Positions 26,501-41,593 of a stretch of 62,428 nucleotides of DNA are shown piece by piece. The position numbers and the translations under genes were made by a program. The DNA lies in contig JYFJ02000197.1 of assembly GCA_000934665.2 (NCBI GenBank), positions 186,001-248,428 on the forward strand, given 5' to 3'. Position 1 is the first letter of the stretch. Each line of letters begins with the position of its first letter. The notes under the pieces were generated by a model. The model saw only the letters and a program-made list of their open reading frames with translations. It was not told where the DNA came from and searched no databases. The DNA is from Catajapyx aquilonaris. Taxonomy: Eukaryota.

Positions 26501-29500
26501 GAATCCAGTGGCCATATTTCCCCTGGAGGAATCTTTTCTCGGCGTGCATCCGGGAACTTTGTAACCCGAAAAAAGGTTCTGCTCTCCCCCGTCTCTTTTG
26601 TCTAATCCGCCCGGGAGGATGCCATTAAAAGGGCATTACGCTGAATTACTCTTATGATGATGGCGGCGACATTCCTTGGAGTAAAAATAATGAAAAGAGG
26701 CGGTTCGTTTGCATGGGGATAGACCTAGCCGCAGGCCATTTAAGTTTGGTGATTTGTCTGGGAGTGCCTAGTTGAAAGAGGACAAACGACATGGCCTATA
26801 AATGATGCGATCCGAGCGCTCCAGGTGGAAGCGTCCTGATACTAAATATGAGTAGGCCTATCTCTTTAACCTTACCAAGGTATGCAACATGAGCAGGTAC
26901 TTTTTAAATATATTCCTCCAGTGTCGTAAGCTGGTTGACTTTGGTGTTCCGCTTCCCCCAACAGCTCCCTCTCCCTGTTATACCTCCCACCACCATACCT
27001 GCACCCCCCACTTGGACCATCTCCCCACCAGTCGCCGCACAGCAAGCACTAATTGAGTAGTGGGAGTAATAGGAGATAGGGGGCTTTTCCTTTGACAGTC
27101 CCCCTCTTCAAAGGAGACGGAGTTGGGGCTGTAATGTTGGTCTCCTTGGCAACGCCAAACTCTCCCCCCCCCTCCCTACCCTCTCCCCCTCTCCCCACTT
27201 TCTGGAGCACCTTGCAGCACCCCCCTCCCCTCGCCTTTGACTTTACCAATGCCACTTTATTCAAAGTTGTCAGTGCTGTAGGCGCTGATAGGGACATAAT
27301 GGAGAAAATCAGTGTTTTGGTGTCCTTTGCAAGGTATTCGCCTGTCTGTATTATCTGCATCTACTTTCCTCTCCAGCCGTTTAATCCAGTTGTCTTTGAG
27401 CACACTTTCGCGAGACATAAATTACACCTACTTACATCTAATCCCTAAATCAGTAAAAGTTATTTGCCCAGGTGTCTCGTCAGGTTTAGGGTTATTGACT
27501 TTGTGTTCCAGGCTAAACTGGAAAAGTTTTACGTACCCTTGAGTGGTAAAATTTGGCCCGGTGCCGAATCATTCATATTAGATTTCCTTCTTCCTTGCTC
27601 GACACCCAAACAGAGAAATGCCTTTGTCAAAATTTCTTCAAAGGCATGCAAAAAGGGAGCAGCCGTAAGTTTTTTGGAGGAAGAAAACTCTGTACAGTCA
27701 ATTCCAGACTGAATATTCCTCTGTTCTAACATCCGCCGAACTTTGGTCAAGGCTTTGCCAGTGGTGATGTGAAAAGTTTTCTCTCCTGGAAGGAAAAACT
27801 TTCCCACATTTTTTTCCCTCTCTAAGGAAGACGGAAATCATAATATTCCTGCTTTCACTTTAGTTTTTAAAGGTGCAGGAAATGATGATAACTCGAACAG
27901 TACATTGTGGTGAGTTATCTGAATGTGTGTGATAATTGTACTTCAAAATTTAATCATTTGGCCCTGATTTGGCGTGCCAGGGTGCCCCAATTTTTCATAT
28001 ACAATATTATACAATATACTTTTAGCCAAGTAAGCAATGTTTGACATAAGTAACATCAGTTCTCTCTTTTGAAAATGTCAGTAAAGAGCTTGCGCATTAT
28101 GTAGAGGTCTGTGGGCCAAGACAATGGGCGCCACTGGTCTACAGCACTACTCGGCGTTTCGCCAGTTAGTTGAGCCTCCCCCTTGAGTCAGTTAGACCTG
28201 ACGGAAAGTACAGTGTAATCTCGTTGAAATGCAAACAAGCCCACGGAGCCGGTGAGGGAAGGAGGGTGGCAAATGACAAGCTCCCAATTGGTTGCTGGCC
28301 AACTAAGGCCTGCAACCCCTTTACGCTCTAAAAGCCCAGACACAGCAATCCTCCTCCACGGCTATAAAAGGGGCATTTTGCCTTATTATGTCACACGGGG
28401 AAGGGTAGCAGTGGACAAATATGAAAAAACACTAGGTTCGATACATTTCCTTTGGTATGGACTACATACGTATTGTGTAGTAGGCATACATGAACTTATA
28501 AGACAATGGCATTTGGCTCAATATAATTTGTATGGTATGAGATTCAAATGTGCAGTACCTTTTTAGATAACTCCGCACGAGTCTCGAACACAAAGTATAA
28601 CAATATCCGTCCTTCCAAAGGTTTTTACTTATTCAAAAAGTCTAGCCATAAACTAAAGTTATCTGCCGTAACCCCCAATTCTTTCGCTCCGCCTAAGATA
28701 AGTGCTTAGTAACGCCGGTCGTAAACCTGGTTATGAGATGACGCCAAAATTTAGTGAACAGGGAAACTCGTGCGTGAATAAAAAGAAGGCTTTGAATTAG
28801 CATACGAGTTGCCTGCATTTAAAATTCATTAAACTAGACGATACCACGGAACACACAATATGATGTTTCCTGCATGTTCCTGATATCAACATAACTAACT
28901 TGCATTACTAACTTACGAAAAATATGTAAGACTGCATGCTTGTGAAGCATGTGACCAAGAAGGGCACAAATTCTCTCAACGTGACCTTTTGCTCCACACT
29001 GCGAAGCGTCGAAGTGCAAAAGTAGATCACCAAGTTGTATCCCCACCGACCGTATCGTGTTATCTACTTCTTCGGTCAGTTCTTAAAATAGAGCCTAATT
29101 AATTAGTAGCCCATATTATAAGATTCCCCCCTCCAACGCCCCGCTTAATTGACACAGTATCATAGAGTATGCGAAACGAAGCGGGGTCCACGTCACGAGC
29201 CAATCTACAACCGCCAAGGCGTCATTAGTGGGATTAATACAGGGCCGGATATTAATGAGGAATTTTCGTCAACCCATAGGAGAGAGAAAGGCTCGCGTGA
29301 TGAAACTTCGTTCCCAGGCACGCTAAAATGTACTTCACGAGCCTCGGTGCGCAAATTTGGAACAACAATCCCGACACTTGTTGGACGACTTAATGAGGAT
29401 TTATTTTCTCCGATAGTTCGGTCCAAAGTTGGGCGCACATTCCGACGGTTCAATGGATGCATTGACCTGTGGCGCAGAGACAACTGTTGCCTTGTTTCCC

Positions 29501-30510
29501 GTGTTGGCCAGACTGTTTTAATTGGAAGCTGATTTGACATAATAAGGAGCATTGCCCTGTCAAATATTGGGAACCATGCAAAAGGTGTCGATGAATTTAT
29601 GGAAGGGGGAGGGGGGGGGGAGACAGTCTACTTTTTTTTCCACGTTGAAGTGAGATACAGTGCACCACTCTGTACAGTGATGCTTGTGACAGCTGCCTGC
29701 GCCCGTGTTTTCTAAGTTCCTCAAGTGTTACCATGTCCATTGAATTCTGTCACATCTGAAGATGATAATGGCGGCTCGGAGCAAACCCTTCGGTGCCGGC
29801 CCCACTTTTCTTTTCACCATTTCCCAGCCCCCCATCCGATCAGAAGGCCACGCTCTAATTGTCGCAGCCGCCATTATTGTCCTCGGATGGAGCGTCACGC
29901 CCCACGGTCGCGCTCATTTTCCGCTTCGCTACTCCTATTACTCCTATGTCCCAAAATAAAGGGTAGGTGCAGGGGGGGGGGGGGTGGAAGATGGTAAGGG
30001 GGGATTCAGATTTATATACTCGGGGATCCCCATCAGTCCATCCTTTCTCGCTGGTCGAGCTAGGGATAACTAATTATATGGATAGGGTGGTCCAGCACGA
30101 AAGCAGTGATTTTATATAGGTGAGTTTGGTATACTAGTGAAATAGGTACGACGATCTGTTTTTATATCAACCAGTGGTACTGTAACTGTAAAACTTTAAT
30201 AGTACAGCACTACCACACTGGCAAGTTGCAATCCGGCGGAGTATTCTCAACTGTCGGGGAGGAACTAGGACTCACGTACTTTCGCGGGTTGGGAATGGTC
30301 CATTTGTAACCCCCGAAAGCATGTGCACTCTGGTTTCTCCCCCACAGTTGAGAACACGCAACTTGCCAGTGCACAGTTACTGTGGTCGGGCTAATACATC
30401 TGCTCCATATGATGCGTAGGTTCAAGTTACTTAGTAAACACAACGTTAATTACTGTCTTGTACTTGCAGAATTGCCTTCAAGTGTAGGATAATAATATGC
30501 TATAGTCGAA

Positions 30511-30513
<3 letters not shown>

Positions 30514-30566
<53 letters not shown>
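30514..30566. repeat. (AT)n microsatellite
   Basis: Uninterrupted AT dinucleotide run of about 26 units. Confidence 0.98.
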
Positions 30567-30570
<4 letters not shown>

Positions 30571-33500
30571 TACAGTATTGTACAGCATTTAATTAAAAGC
30601 AACTGTGCTTATTAACTATAGTCACTTAAGCCTTGTTACGTGTAGGCTACGTTATGCGTATAGATGTCAAGTATTTTCTTCTGGGCTTGGTGATACCATT
30701 TTTCTTTCAAGTATTATTTCTAGCAAGAGCAGAAGCCACTTCTAAGCCATATCTTGCCAAATGTGATGGAAATCCATCAGATGAAATATGATATACGCGC
30801 GGACGATAATTAAATGACTAAAGTTTGAGCCTTTGCATATGGCCTCACGCACTTTGCATCAACTTTTTAGATAATTCTCTTTCCGCCTTCATTTCCTCAG
30901 GAAGCCAACAAGAATCATGCACGAACTTCTCCCTGCCACCGATGGAACAAACGAGAAAACAAAGACTGAAAGTCTCTCTCTGTCTCCTCCGCCATCCTTT
31001 TTCCCCCGCATGTTACCACGAGCCACCAGATGGAGCGCCATGTTGCAAGTCAAATAAGGACCATTCATGTGGAAATGACGACCCATCGATTACAAATTAG
31101 ATTTTAGCGTATGCTGAAAATTTATCACTTAGGCGTGCTATTTAATTTTTGGAAAATTCTAGCTGAGCCTGCTGCATACTTTATGGTTGTGTTGACATTT
31201 TTTTAGTAAACGCTCGTTAGGGTTAGCTAATTAATTCGAATATCCGAACGGAGGTGGTAGTTTTTTTTGTGTGTGTCGGAAGCCAAGTGTCTAATTCCGG
31301 ACGGGATCTATAATTTGGCCGTCACTGAGCAACCTAATTTCCTTCTGCCCAATTCATTAAAACCTGTTTGGCTTCGCACCACAGTTGAAAGAAATGGCAT
31401 GAAATTGCAGCCCGTTGAATTTTTTTTATCAGTCCAAAGGGAAATAATCATAACGAGCGCAAGCGCCATCTGTGATATTGCCCTTTTCCTGTGATCACTA
31501 ATAGCTGTAATTACTTCAAACGTGATCTTTTGACCACTCCGACTTCCTCCTGGCTATACTGAATAAATAAAAACAAAAAAATAAAAAATAACATAATTCG
31601 GGTGTTGAAGAGTATATCGACAAATTATGAGTTTGCTTTTTTCCTTTTCCGCCGAGTTAAAGGCCAATCAATTGTGAAGTACCCTATTCAGACCTGCTGC
31701 AACAATTAGAATAATGGTCATTGTGAAAATATTGCCGTGTAAACTAGGTTGTAAATCCTGTGAATGGCGGAGGGACAACGGCGCTTTTTATGGCGGAGGA
31801 TCGGAGGGCCTCTACTTCTGAATAGCATCCAGAACAATTTATTTGCTATCTTCAGATTTGATATGGGAATCAAATGAAATAACCCAGTGTCATGTCTAGG
31901 CTCATGAAATATAACTCAGGTCCAATCGGGTCCAATCATCCTGCGCGTTGATGAATTGGCATTGATGATAATAATAGGGATACTTCTGATGTTGATTAAT
32001 TTAATTGCGTATTAAAATATTGCTAGTTAATTGGCATTGTAATTACGGTTTATATATTCTTGTTAAGTAATACATTGAATTAATATTGTTGGTATTTACT
32101 AAATAATAAATAATACCTGTATCAGTTCCAAATATTTACACAATGTGACTTTGTTGTTTACTGTATAAAATGTATGCTATGCTAACAGGATTGGTCACAT
32201 AATAAATTATTGCAGTCATGCTGAACAATAAATCGTAGCGACTAGAATCAATAAGCCATCAAATTATTTTGGTCTTCCCTTCAGAAGGTTTGAAACTTGA
32301 AACTCTGCCAGGTCGTGGCCCCTGCCTTTATACAGTACAGCTCCTCTATTCGTAATATTTTTGCCCCAAAGGAACAGCTGCAATAAAGTTTCTCAGGATG
32401 TGCATGTGCACATGCAATCAGAGAATAACAATTTAACGAATTAAATTTTCACATCCTTGTACTTCTTTGGGCTACATATCCTGGGGCTGGCAAAGGTAAA
32501 TGTACGAGTTATTTAGAAACACCGTGTTGTAGACATTGTATACAGTAGTCAGTAGGCCTTCTTATGTTCATTTTGCCAGGAAAATAAAACTCGCAATCCT
32601 ATGTGCCTATACAAATAAAACAAAAAAGCATACATATTTTAAACGAGTCAACCAAATATGGGAAATATATCACTTATATTTTGGCCATAATAGTGATTCA
32701 TTTTTTGCAATAAATTCACAAAGTTTTGATAACAATGTTTTCCCTTAGCACAGTCATGATCTTATGCAAGCCTACAACTGCTGTACAAAATCAATGGTGC
32801 CTGTTCCATCAGTGAGGTTAGACAGATTTATCAGTGTATTGATTTTGGTTTTCAATGCATCGTAATTATTATTAAATTATATAATTATTTCATTTTTATT
32901 AATTTAATCGAGTATGTCGGGCGAGATTTATATCCATTTTGAGTATACAATGAGCGGAGGGGATTATTACCTGGCATATTGTCCTATACGTATTGCGTAT
33001 AGGTTTATTGGGATGGTACACATAGGCACTAATTCACGTTGTACACGTTTACCGAGCGTAACCATTACCCTGTTAATTAATTGCCTGGTGGCACAAAACG
33101 GAAGACATGCCGCATGTTTACAATACGTGACCATCACTTACATTAGGCGTTACAAATTTACTAGTGCTCATAAATAGGCTAACCTCACCGTCAATCTTTT
33201 GTTGGGCAACCCCATTCATGCCTTTGTTATTATCTCGCATGAATTTGACACTAATCCGGACGGCTGAAAAGCATCCTTTCACACAATAATAGCCTTGACG
33301 CTCATTTTGGAAGAATAAAGGGTCGCCGCAACACAAAAATGGTCGGACGCATAAATATTTCCAAATCTGGTTGTTCTAGAATCCAGTCATCCGGGAATTG
33401 AAACCTGGAATAATAGAACTGCAAAACAGGCTCCGAGGATATGATCCGTGCAAATCGTAATGATCCGTTTTATTACTATGCGATTCAATTTGCCCATAAG

Positions 33501-35945
33501 GATCGCCATTAGCCTGATTAGAGGATGAAGCAGCCTGGCAACAATGGTTTTATTGGAAGTAGAATACCAGGGCTTTACCAATTGTATGTCCTCCGAAAGA
33601 GAACAGACCCTCACTGCAACAACAAAAATAGCACTTTTTCGCCTCAATACAACGTTCCACCACGGTATGCCCGGAACGTTCCAATAGGAACAAACTGTAA
33701 AAAAAAAAACGCGCGGAACGTTCCGAAAAAAACCTTACAATACAATTAAATGTACCTAAGAGCAAGAGCCATTGAGGCCACAGTATGCACACGCCACACA
33801 CCCATACCAAATCCTCCCCCCATTTTCTTTTTTCCCCAACCAGTTCAATAAGTGCTCCCCCAGCTTTTGCAATCTGCCGTCGCTTTGATTAATGAAGTCA
33901 GTGTGCATCTTGTCTCGAAAAACCCTCCCCTACTATTCTACGCATGTGTCACATCGATCCGACCAGAGTTGGCTGGGGTGGGAGAGAGGGAATGGAGAGG
34001 ATGGGTGGGGGGTAGAACCGGCACAGAAAGTGGAAGGTCCATAGCACAGTGGCGATAGACCAGCAACCCTGGGCGCCATCACTGGAATTGGGGGATCTAC
34101 ACCGCACCCTTGCAACTACCACGATTCTTGGGGGGTAGATGAGATAGAGAGGACTGTTGTGTACAGCGGGTTGTGGTGACTGGGGGGTGGAGCTGGTGGC
34201 TGTTGAGGTCACGCGAGCGCCGATTGGGAGGAGAGGTAAGGGAGGTCATTTGATGTCAATGTCAGGGGCTGGAGGTGTGTACCTGTTCGCATGCACCACG
34301 TTTAGATTGAATGTGGTGGTGGGTCTGGTACTGTACGTCAGCTTTATGCAGCTGCACAGTCCTGAGCGCGTAATTAAAATCTGCATTTATTATAAGCATA
34401 TCAAATATTTAATAGCGTTTGTTATTTCGTGCATAAAATTATGTTGGGTTCTTCGATGAAAAAGCTAACGTTTGAATGTCTCCAGGGTCAATGGCACTTC
34501 GCACTTGTTTCAAGACTGGCATATTTTTAAAGGAGATATTAAGTTTGGTACAGCCGGCAGATTATTTCACACATTGTCACACGTTGTCCCGTTGTCAGAA
34601 ATTTAATGGATGCCGTTTTACTTCGTCTGTAAAATATTTATAACCCTCACATGTGATGTAGCCCTATATGCAACCCACAGGACAATCTGATACACATTAT
34701 TATGTTCAGCGAGTCGTTAATACACTTAATAATACCGAAACATACGCAATTCCTCTAGTGCAAATCATTGTTGAGGAGGGCACCAGTTATGCATCAGGTC
34801 TAAAGAGTAGGTCTGCACGGGTGCAATTTCAATCTCATAAACTTACTCGATATTGCATTGTACACAACTGTCAGGACGGAGAGTGTTATTCTTGTGCCGG
34901 GCTTTTTTCATATAAAAACCAGAGATATTACACGGCGGAGAATATTCACAAAGGCCACAGTATAATATTATTTTGACTGTACAGTAAAAAAAGAGCTGCT
35001 GGGTCTTTGGATAAGAAATGAATAGAATGTTTTTACTATATTATAACAATATTATACTGTCACCGCTATGTAGACGTTAATATAATGTAGCCTTTCGAAT
35101 TTTTCTGCGTAAATGAATCATGCAGCAAAACACTGAATAAATGAGGCAATGATCACCCTGAATCAACTCATTTAAAATTAACTGTCAATTAAAGTTGATA
35201 TTTTAAATTCTTTTGTTTGGTAAGTTAAATATTTAATTTACTTTCATTTTTATTTTTGGTACATCGGTTTTTTTTACCGGAGGTTTAATTGTAGGACATG
35301 GTGAAAATAATATTTTTTCTATGACGGGCCTTTTTTCATACAAGCTATTCTAACCTAATAATGATGAACATTATGTTCGAATTTTGTCCAGGAAATGGCT
35401 CCGAAACTACATGTAGGCTACAGACTCTGTGTAAATACATTATCAGAACATATATGGAAGTATGAATGAAATAGTAATGTCTTCATTCAGAATCTCTTTT
35501 GCAGTACTAGTGGAACTGCAAACAAGTCAAATATACTGACTTTTCCCACAAAGGAGGCTGTATTCGGTATTCATAGGGCACCCACTGCATCATATAGGCC
35601 TACTGTAAAGAAGTACAAAAGTAAATGTTGGATCATGCGCAATTAGGAACAATATCATTATTTTGGACTGCTTTTAGTAATGATCAGAATTAATTTTCCA
35701 TATAAATGACAGTTTTATACCAATACTATCATTATGCGGTCATGTAATTGAGATAAATAGGAACTGTTAGGGGCTGCAAGATAACTAATAATGGCGCCCA
35801 TAGTTGCAATTGACGTGTTTTTGTATCTATATATAGACCGGTATGTTGACATTATAAAGTTGTAAAACACCGCAAAATTAATTTACAAAGAGGATTCACA
35901 TATTGAATGTAACTGAAAAGTGCACACTAAATTACAGATGCCGTA

Positions 35946-36007
<62 letters not shown>
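35946..36007. repeat. (ATT)n microsatellite
   Basis: Uninterrupted ATT trinucleotide run of about 20 units. Confidence 0.98.
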
Positions 36008-36009
<2 letters not shown>

Positions 36010-36230
36010 TGGTACAGTAATAGCACACAAGACCACTGCACCACAGTTTATTAAGAAATGATCATAACTACGTGAATACCCTGCATGCCCATTCATTAGG
36101 TGAGAAAGATAGCAGATATCCGCTATCCGATACTTTCTTTTGCAATTACGGCAGACAGGTTGAGAAATCCGTTATGCTGAGAGCCCCGGTTGATTAGACA
36201 AGGGCGAAAAGAGGCTACTTCACCCGAACA

Positions 36231-36303
36231 GGGGGCGTAGCTCACATGGTAGAGCGCTCGCTTAGCATGCGAGAGGTACCGGGATCGATACCCGGCGCCT
36301 CCA
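36231..36303 (+). tRNA. tRNA-Ala(AGC)
   Basis: 73-nt cloverleaf. Acceptor stem GGGGGCG/CGCCTCC carries the G3:U70 alanine identity pair and discriminator A73. D stem GCTC/GAGC; anticodon stem CTCGC/GCGAG with AGC at 36264-36266; T stem CCGGG/CCCGG with the ATCGATA loop typical of metazoan tRNA-Ala(AGC). Confidence 0.97.
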
Positions 36304-36309
36304 CTCTCA

Positions 36310-36321
36310 TTTTTTATTTTT
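36310..36321 (+). terminator. RNA polymerase III oligo-T terminator of the tRNA-Ala gene
   Basis: T6-A-T5 starting 7 nt after the tRNA 3' end. Confidence 0.85.
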
Positions 36322-39300
36322 ATATCCCATTGTTTTGCACTAATCATTCTTACCTCTTGTCGCATCGTACCGTATTGAATTCGCGATATAATATTTTTTC
36401 ATGGCTATTTTTCCCTCCGAAATTTAGCGCTAACGGGTACGCTCTGTGAGCATCAAATATGTTAAACGGGATATAGTTATCCTCACGAAAATCAATAGCT
36501 TCGGTACGGTATTTGATATTCAAGCAGAAAACGTGCTGAGTCTGCCCCCTTGAAAAGACTTTCGGCGGAAAAGGGGTTGCAATGAGGGCGGCACCGATTT
36601 CAGGTCTGGGGCGATAAAATGGCCCCATTAACGTCGCTCCTTGCTCTTCTCAAAGCTTCTCTCCAATAGAAAGAGAAGTGGTTAAAAAAAGAGAGCGAGG
36701 CCCAAGAGTCTGGAATAGGAAGTGACTAGATTGAGCCTGAAGCGTATCTGCCTATCTAGGGTATATGTACTGGTGTGCTAAGTGGGCTGCTTCATTACCA
36801 TTTTTGTGAGGACATTATAAGTGGTCGTTTGCACACCAAGATTGATGGACATTCAAGTGGACATATTGCACCTCTCTTTCTATTGTTAGAACATTGCAAC
36901 ATTTACTTGTGAGGATAATCCGCCTTGACTTAAGTCGCTTTCTGAAGACCTCATTACTTAGGGTGCCAAATGACTGCTCACGGGGGTCCGACTTGATATC
37001 GCACTTTCCCAGGCACGTAGACTGGTAATCAATCTTTCTCCTGACACATGAATACGATCGAAGGGAAACCCACCAGAGAGAAGCAGGAGGGGGAATATAG
37101 GGAAGAAGTAGAAGAAGAAGAGGGTGGAATTGAGGGTGGAAAAAAAAGAGAGCCCAACCACCCCTGGCTCCCTTAGGAATGAGGATTTTTCTCTTTGCCC
37201 GTCCTTCTTAGACCTGCTTTGGTCTTTGATGAGCAAATTTCCAAGTGGAATCATCCCTCCAAGCTCTCCCCCCCCCCCCTCCCCCCACAAGCCTCAATAT
37301 TGCAAAAGGGAAGCCATGTCATCAATATATCATCGGAGGATGTGGACATTGGGCGCAGAAATATGGGGGGAGGTATTTGTTACAAAAAGTAGTGGATTAG
37401 TTCTTGTAGAGGATTAGTGTTGCTGACAATGGATGCTGAAGTTGTATTTTGTCAAGTTTACTGAGAGGTGGAACATTATTACGGTATACTGGAAATTGTT
37501 ACGGAAAAAAATCGACAATATTTTCCTAACATGCGATTTTATTTTGGTCATATTGTGCAGCGGCGTTGGAAAAAATGTTAGTGTTACTAGACGATACCGA
37601 CGCCATCTGTAACGATTTATCGAAAGTCGATGGTGAGAGATTCTCGAAAGACAACTGCGGATCCCTTAACAATAAATATGGTTTTGGCTGAATTCCTTTT
37701 GGGACTTCTGGCTTTTTTTTTTTGTAGGGAACAACATCCCAGGATAAAATAAGAGGAGGATTTAAAACCCATTTACACGTGTTTAGTATATAGTCTGGAG
37801 AATAAGTGTCAGGGTTTTAGGCTTCAGACAGTTGAACTCGGTTTGACGGTGAGACTTGCCTTACTCGAGGACTTACCTTTGGGATGCCTGGCTCGTAAAA
37901 AGAAAGTTTCAATTACGGGTTGGCTGATGGAAAGTGTGATGGCAGCTATCTTTTATACGGCACCCCAGAGACTTCACGTCTATATTTCCCCAAAAAAATC
38001 CCTGTGGGCAAGGATTTTGGAACCAGTCATGGTGAGGAAATGAAACCTTCGGTAAAATTATCCAACACCGTAATTGAATATAAACTTTTGGCTGGCTTCA
38101 ACTTTGTTAGAGCATGAAATCCTTCAGGGTCCGCCAACTTCCTTAACAAAACGTGCCAAACTTTTGTACAATAGGCCTACACTGCCGCAGCCTACAGTGC
38201 AGCATGTGCAGCAGTGTCACGTTGCAGCAGAATTTGCCAAACTAGAGCCGAGCCATCCTAGCGACAAAGCTTAACTTGATCAACCTCACTGAACAAGATT
38301 TATTGGTATGATTTACAGCCCCTTGGTAAAAAAAGTGAAGAGCAACTAAGATATGGAATCCCTCAAGTTCTTATTGACTGCTAATCGCTTAATGCCGTTA
38401 CATCGCAGTTTTATGAACTTCCCGAGTCCCGGGTGATTTACACACTCTGCGACGCCATGTTTGGTGCCATATATCTAGTGCGAACGACCTATTGTGCCTA
38501 TAGTCTGGATTATGTGGAGTCAAAAATATCTGACCTCTGAAGATTGGTTACCCTGGTAATTATGCATATTTCAAATTAGCAACTTGATGGAAACAGCTGT
38601 TCCAGGATAAGGCCCCTGTTAGAACCACCACTTATGTAAACAGCGTTAATCACCAATTTACACCCAGGCCGAAGGGTCAAGATAATGACGCATTCTTTAT
38701 TGATAGGGAAACTTTTCTTGTCAGAAATAAATTATCGCTAGTTCAAGTGTACAAGTGTTCGGGTGCCACGCAAGTGTCAGGAAGATCGGGAGAAGTGATG
38801 GAAAAAAAACTGCTAGTCTAGAAACTATGCACTTGTACTTTGATCATAACAACTATCAGCAGTGGCTACCATGAACTTATGAAGAGGCACTCAGAACCGA
38901 TAAGAGTACCAGGAGAACACGACTTTATCTGACTTTTGACTGGCAGATGGGTCGAAAAATTTTGTCTCCTGACTAGTGATAGGCTGGAAGCTAAAGGTGA
39001 AAGTTGTGCTGTTGGCATCGGTACTACACTCGTAAGTTACAAACCATCCTTTTATGCAGTGACTGATTCAATTGAAAAGTCAAGAGCTTTGTTCCTATAC
39101 TGTTGTCTCCTGCATCTGAGGCAAAAAAAAATGCCATTGTATTCCTCTGGGGTTGCTGCTATGGGGATTATCAGTTGCAGGGACTCCCGATAATGTAGTC
39201 TCGGTGGAGACGAAGGAACAGCTGTTGTATTCCACACTGTGCCAGGGGTTTTCCGGCTGAATCCTCCTGATGTCTTTAGCATGCAGAAAAGGCTTCTTTT

Positions 39301-40957
39301 TTTTCCCTTCCCTCTCTCCACCGCTCGTTTTCTTTCACTGGGGGTATTGTCAATGGGATGCCTCGTGTTGTCTTTAATAATATTATTTTTATGTCGCCCA
39401 CCGCAAAACTCTTTATTCGGTGGAGGTGCGTGGGTGGGATGTTTTCTTAACCCCCGCCTACGTCACTGTGGATAAAATTGGAATGAGAGAGGGTGTTTCA
39501 TCTCATTTTGAGAGAATATCTTATCAGAAGCTCTGGGAATTATGTTGCTTTTAGAGCAAAAATAGCAGTGCTTAAGACTTTTCGAAATCCATTATACTGA
39601 AATAATAGCTTAAATTATGGTTCTTGGCTCATTATAGGAGCCACAATGGCAGTGAGAAATAGACGGACGATTTTAGTCGTAACAATTACAGCAAATAATA
39701 AAATGTTAATTTTAAAATATAAAGGTCAGTACCCTGCCATGACCAATTTCGATGGCCACACTACCTTGGTGATAAAACGCCTATGATAATAACCTCATTG
39801 CACTTTTAGGAATGAGACAGAAAAGAAAACACTGGAGCGAAAAAAAGTCATTACGAGTTAGATGACTGATAGGGCATCATCTGTAGGTCTGGAATGTGGG
39901 TTAAGTAAAGGTCTCGGGCTTGCCTGCTCTAATGATCAAGATTGGTAAGGGCAGACCTGCCACAAGAAAGCCTTTCTCATAAAGTCCATGCCCAGGCGCA
40001 AAAACAAACAGGAATCCTTGATGGAAAAAGCGAAGACAAGCCCTGAAGCTGCCTCTCTTATTTCTCTTCCCTCCTTCCATCCACCCCACCTCCCCCTTCC
40101 CATTTTTCCCTTTCTTGGTTACCATGGTAATCCCCCTCCATCCTTCTTTTTCTTCCTTCCCTTTTTTCCCTCCATGCATCCGAAATCCCCCCCTACTGTA
40201 ATAGCTCTCGGAACTACAAAGTAATTAAGAGTGATAAATTACGTAGATTACTGCAGCATTATTAGAGAGTGGCGATATGGGGAGTAACGGAAGTGCCTCT
40301 TGGTTATATGACACCACATTTGTTTTCAAGCCAATGAATGACCACAGGTAGCCCATACATGGCGAGCTCATAAGTACATGACGCTCCAGAAAGGTGGCAG
40401 CAGTTGGATCCCCCCCTAAAAATGTGCATCATGTGCAACCATATTTTTCCCCCCAAAAGGAGTCCAGTGCCTCAGGCTTGGGGATTTTCATGGAGATTAG
40501 TGTAGGCCCCCATCCTTCCGCTGTGCTGCTAAATACGGAGGCTCTCTAATAATACTCTTCCCTCTTTTCCACCCTGTAGTGCAGTGACCTAGCTGGAAAT
40601 TCCCAATAACCTGCTCAGTCCCCCTCAGTTTTCGTACTCTTCCAGCACATTTTTTTTTTCTTCTTCTCACCCAGCAATCCTCCCTAGCAACTGAAACCAA
40701 CCTCACACGAGCATCAGGGAAAAAAAGGGAGCTTGGGAATTCATTAGTGTCACTTGTCCGTCCGATTGCCAAGTGAGGGGATCGTCATTTGTTTTGATTA
40801 CATGGCGTCCGTGCTGCTCGATGGATCGATACATATACAGTTTGCTGGTGTCGTCACTTTTCCGGATAGTACCCGGGATGATAACCATCTAAATTTATCC
40901 CCTTGATTTTGATTGCGACCTTGGATGTCAAAGTTCGTGCCATGTGTTGCACAATGT

Positions 40958-41593
40958 TCAGGGTACAATTTTATTTATGAAATTATTCCAGTAGGATTCA
41001 AGGATCTGCTGGACACGACATGGCCTAGCCCTAGATCTGCTCTAGCCTAGGACCCTGTCCGCATTATTAAAAATAAAATCTACTCCGCGTGCATCGAAAT
41101 GCCTACTACTCAGGATATATACGGCTAGTTCACGCTCCACGCCATGTTTATTACCTGGTTGATAGCATGGACCATGAAAACGGTCATGATAGTAGCTCAT
41201 TAGGAGTGGCCTGGAATTCCCACTAGTACTTTTATCTGATTGGTGTGCAGACCACAAGATTGGTGAGAAAAAGGATTAGTCTAGCGTAGCTGTGCAGGAG
41301 AAAATCCGCTCAGTCAGATTACACCTGTCAGTTTAGACCACATTCCGGAGACGACCTGTTACTACTAAGAGCAACTGGACTAAGCTCTCACTAATAGTCA
41401 AGATCTGCTCTAGGATCTAGTTCAATGTACAGTATACCTGTGGGTGTAGTACTCTGCATGCTTCGCCTAGCAGGGTAACTGATACGACTAAACAACTTCA
41501 TTAGTCTCAACGTGGTTCACCCTTTGCATATTGTGGGTGTCTCGAAACAACAGTCGCGTATCCTCTAAACGCTTACGTTACATTGTACCCTGA
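40958..41593. mobile_element. Possible non-autonomous DNA transposon (MITE) with CAGGG-type TIRs
   Basis: Perfect 12-bp inverted repeat tcagggtacaat (40958-40969) / attgtaccctga (41582-41593). An internal direct repeat agatctgctctag occurs near 41034 and 41402. No target-site duplication is recognisable. Confidence 0.4.
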
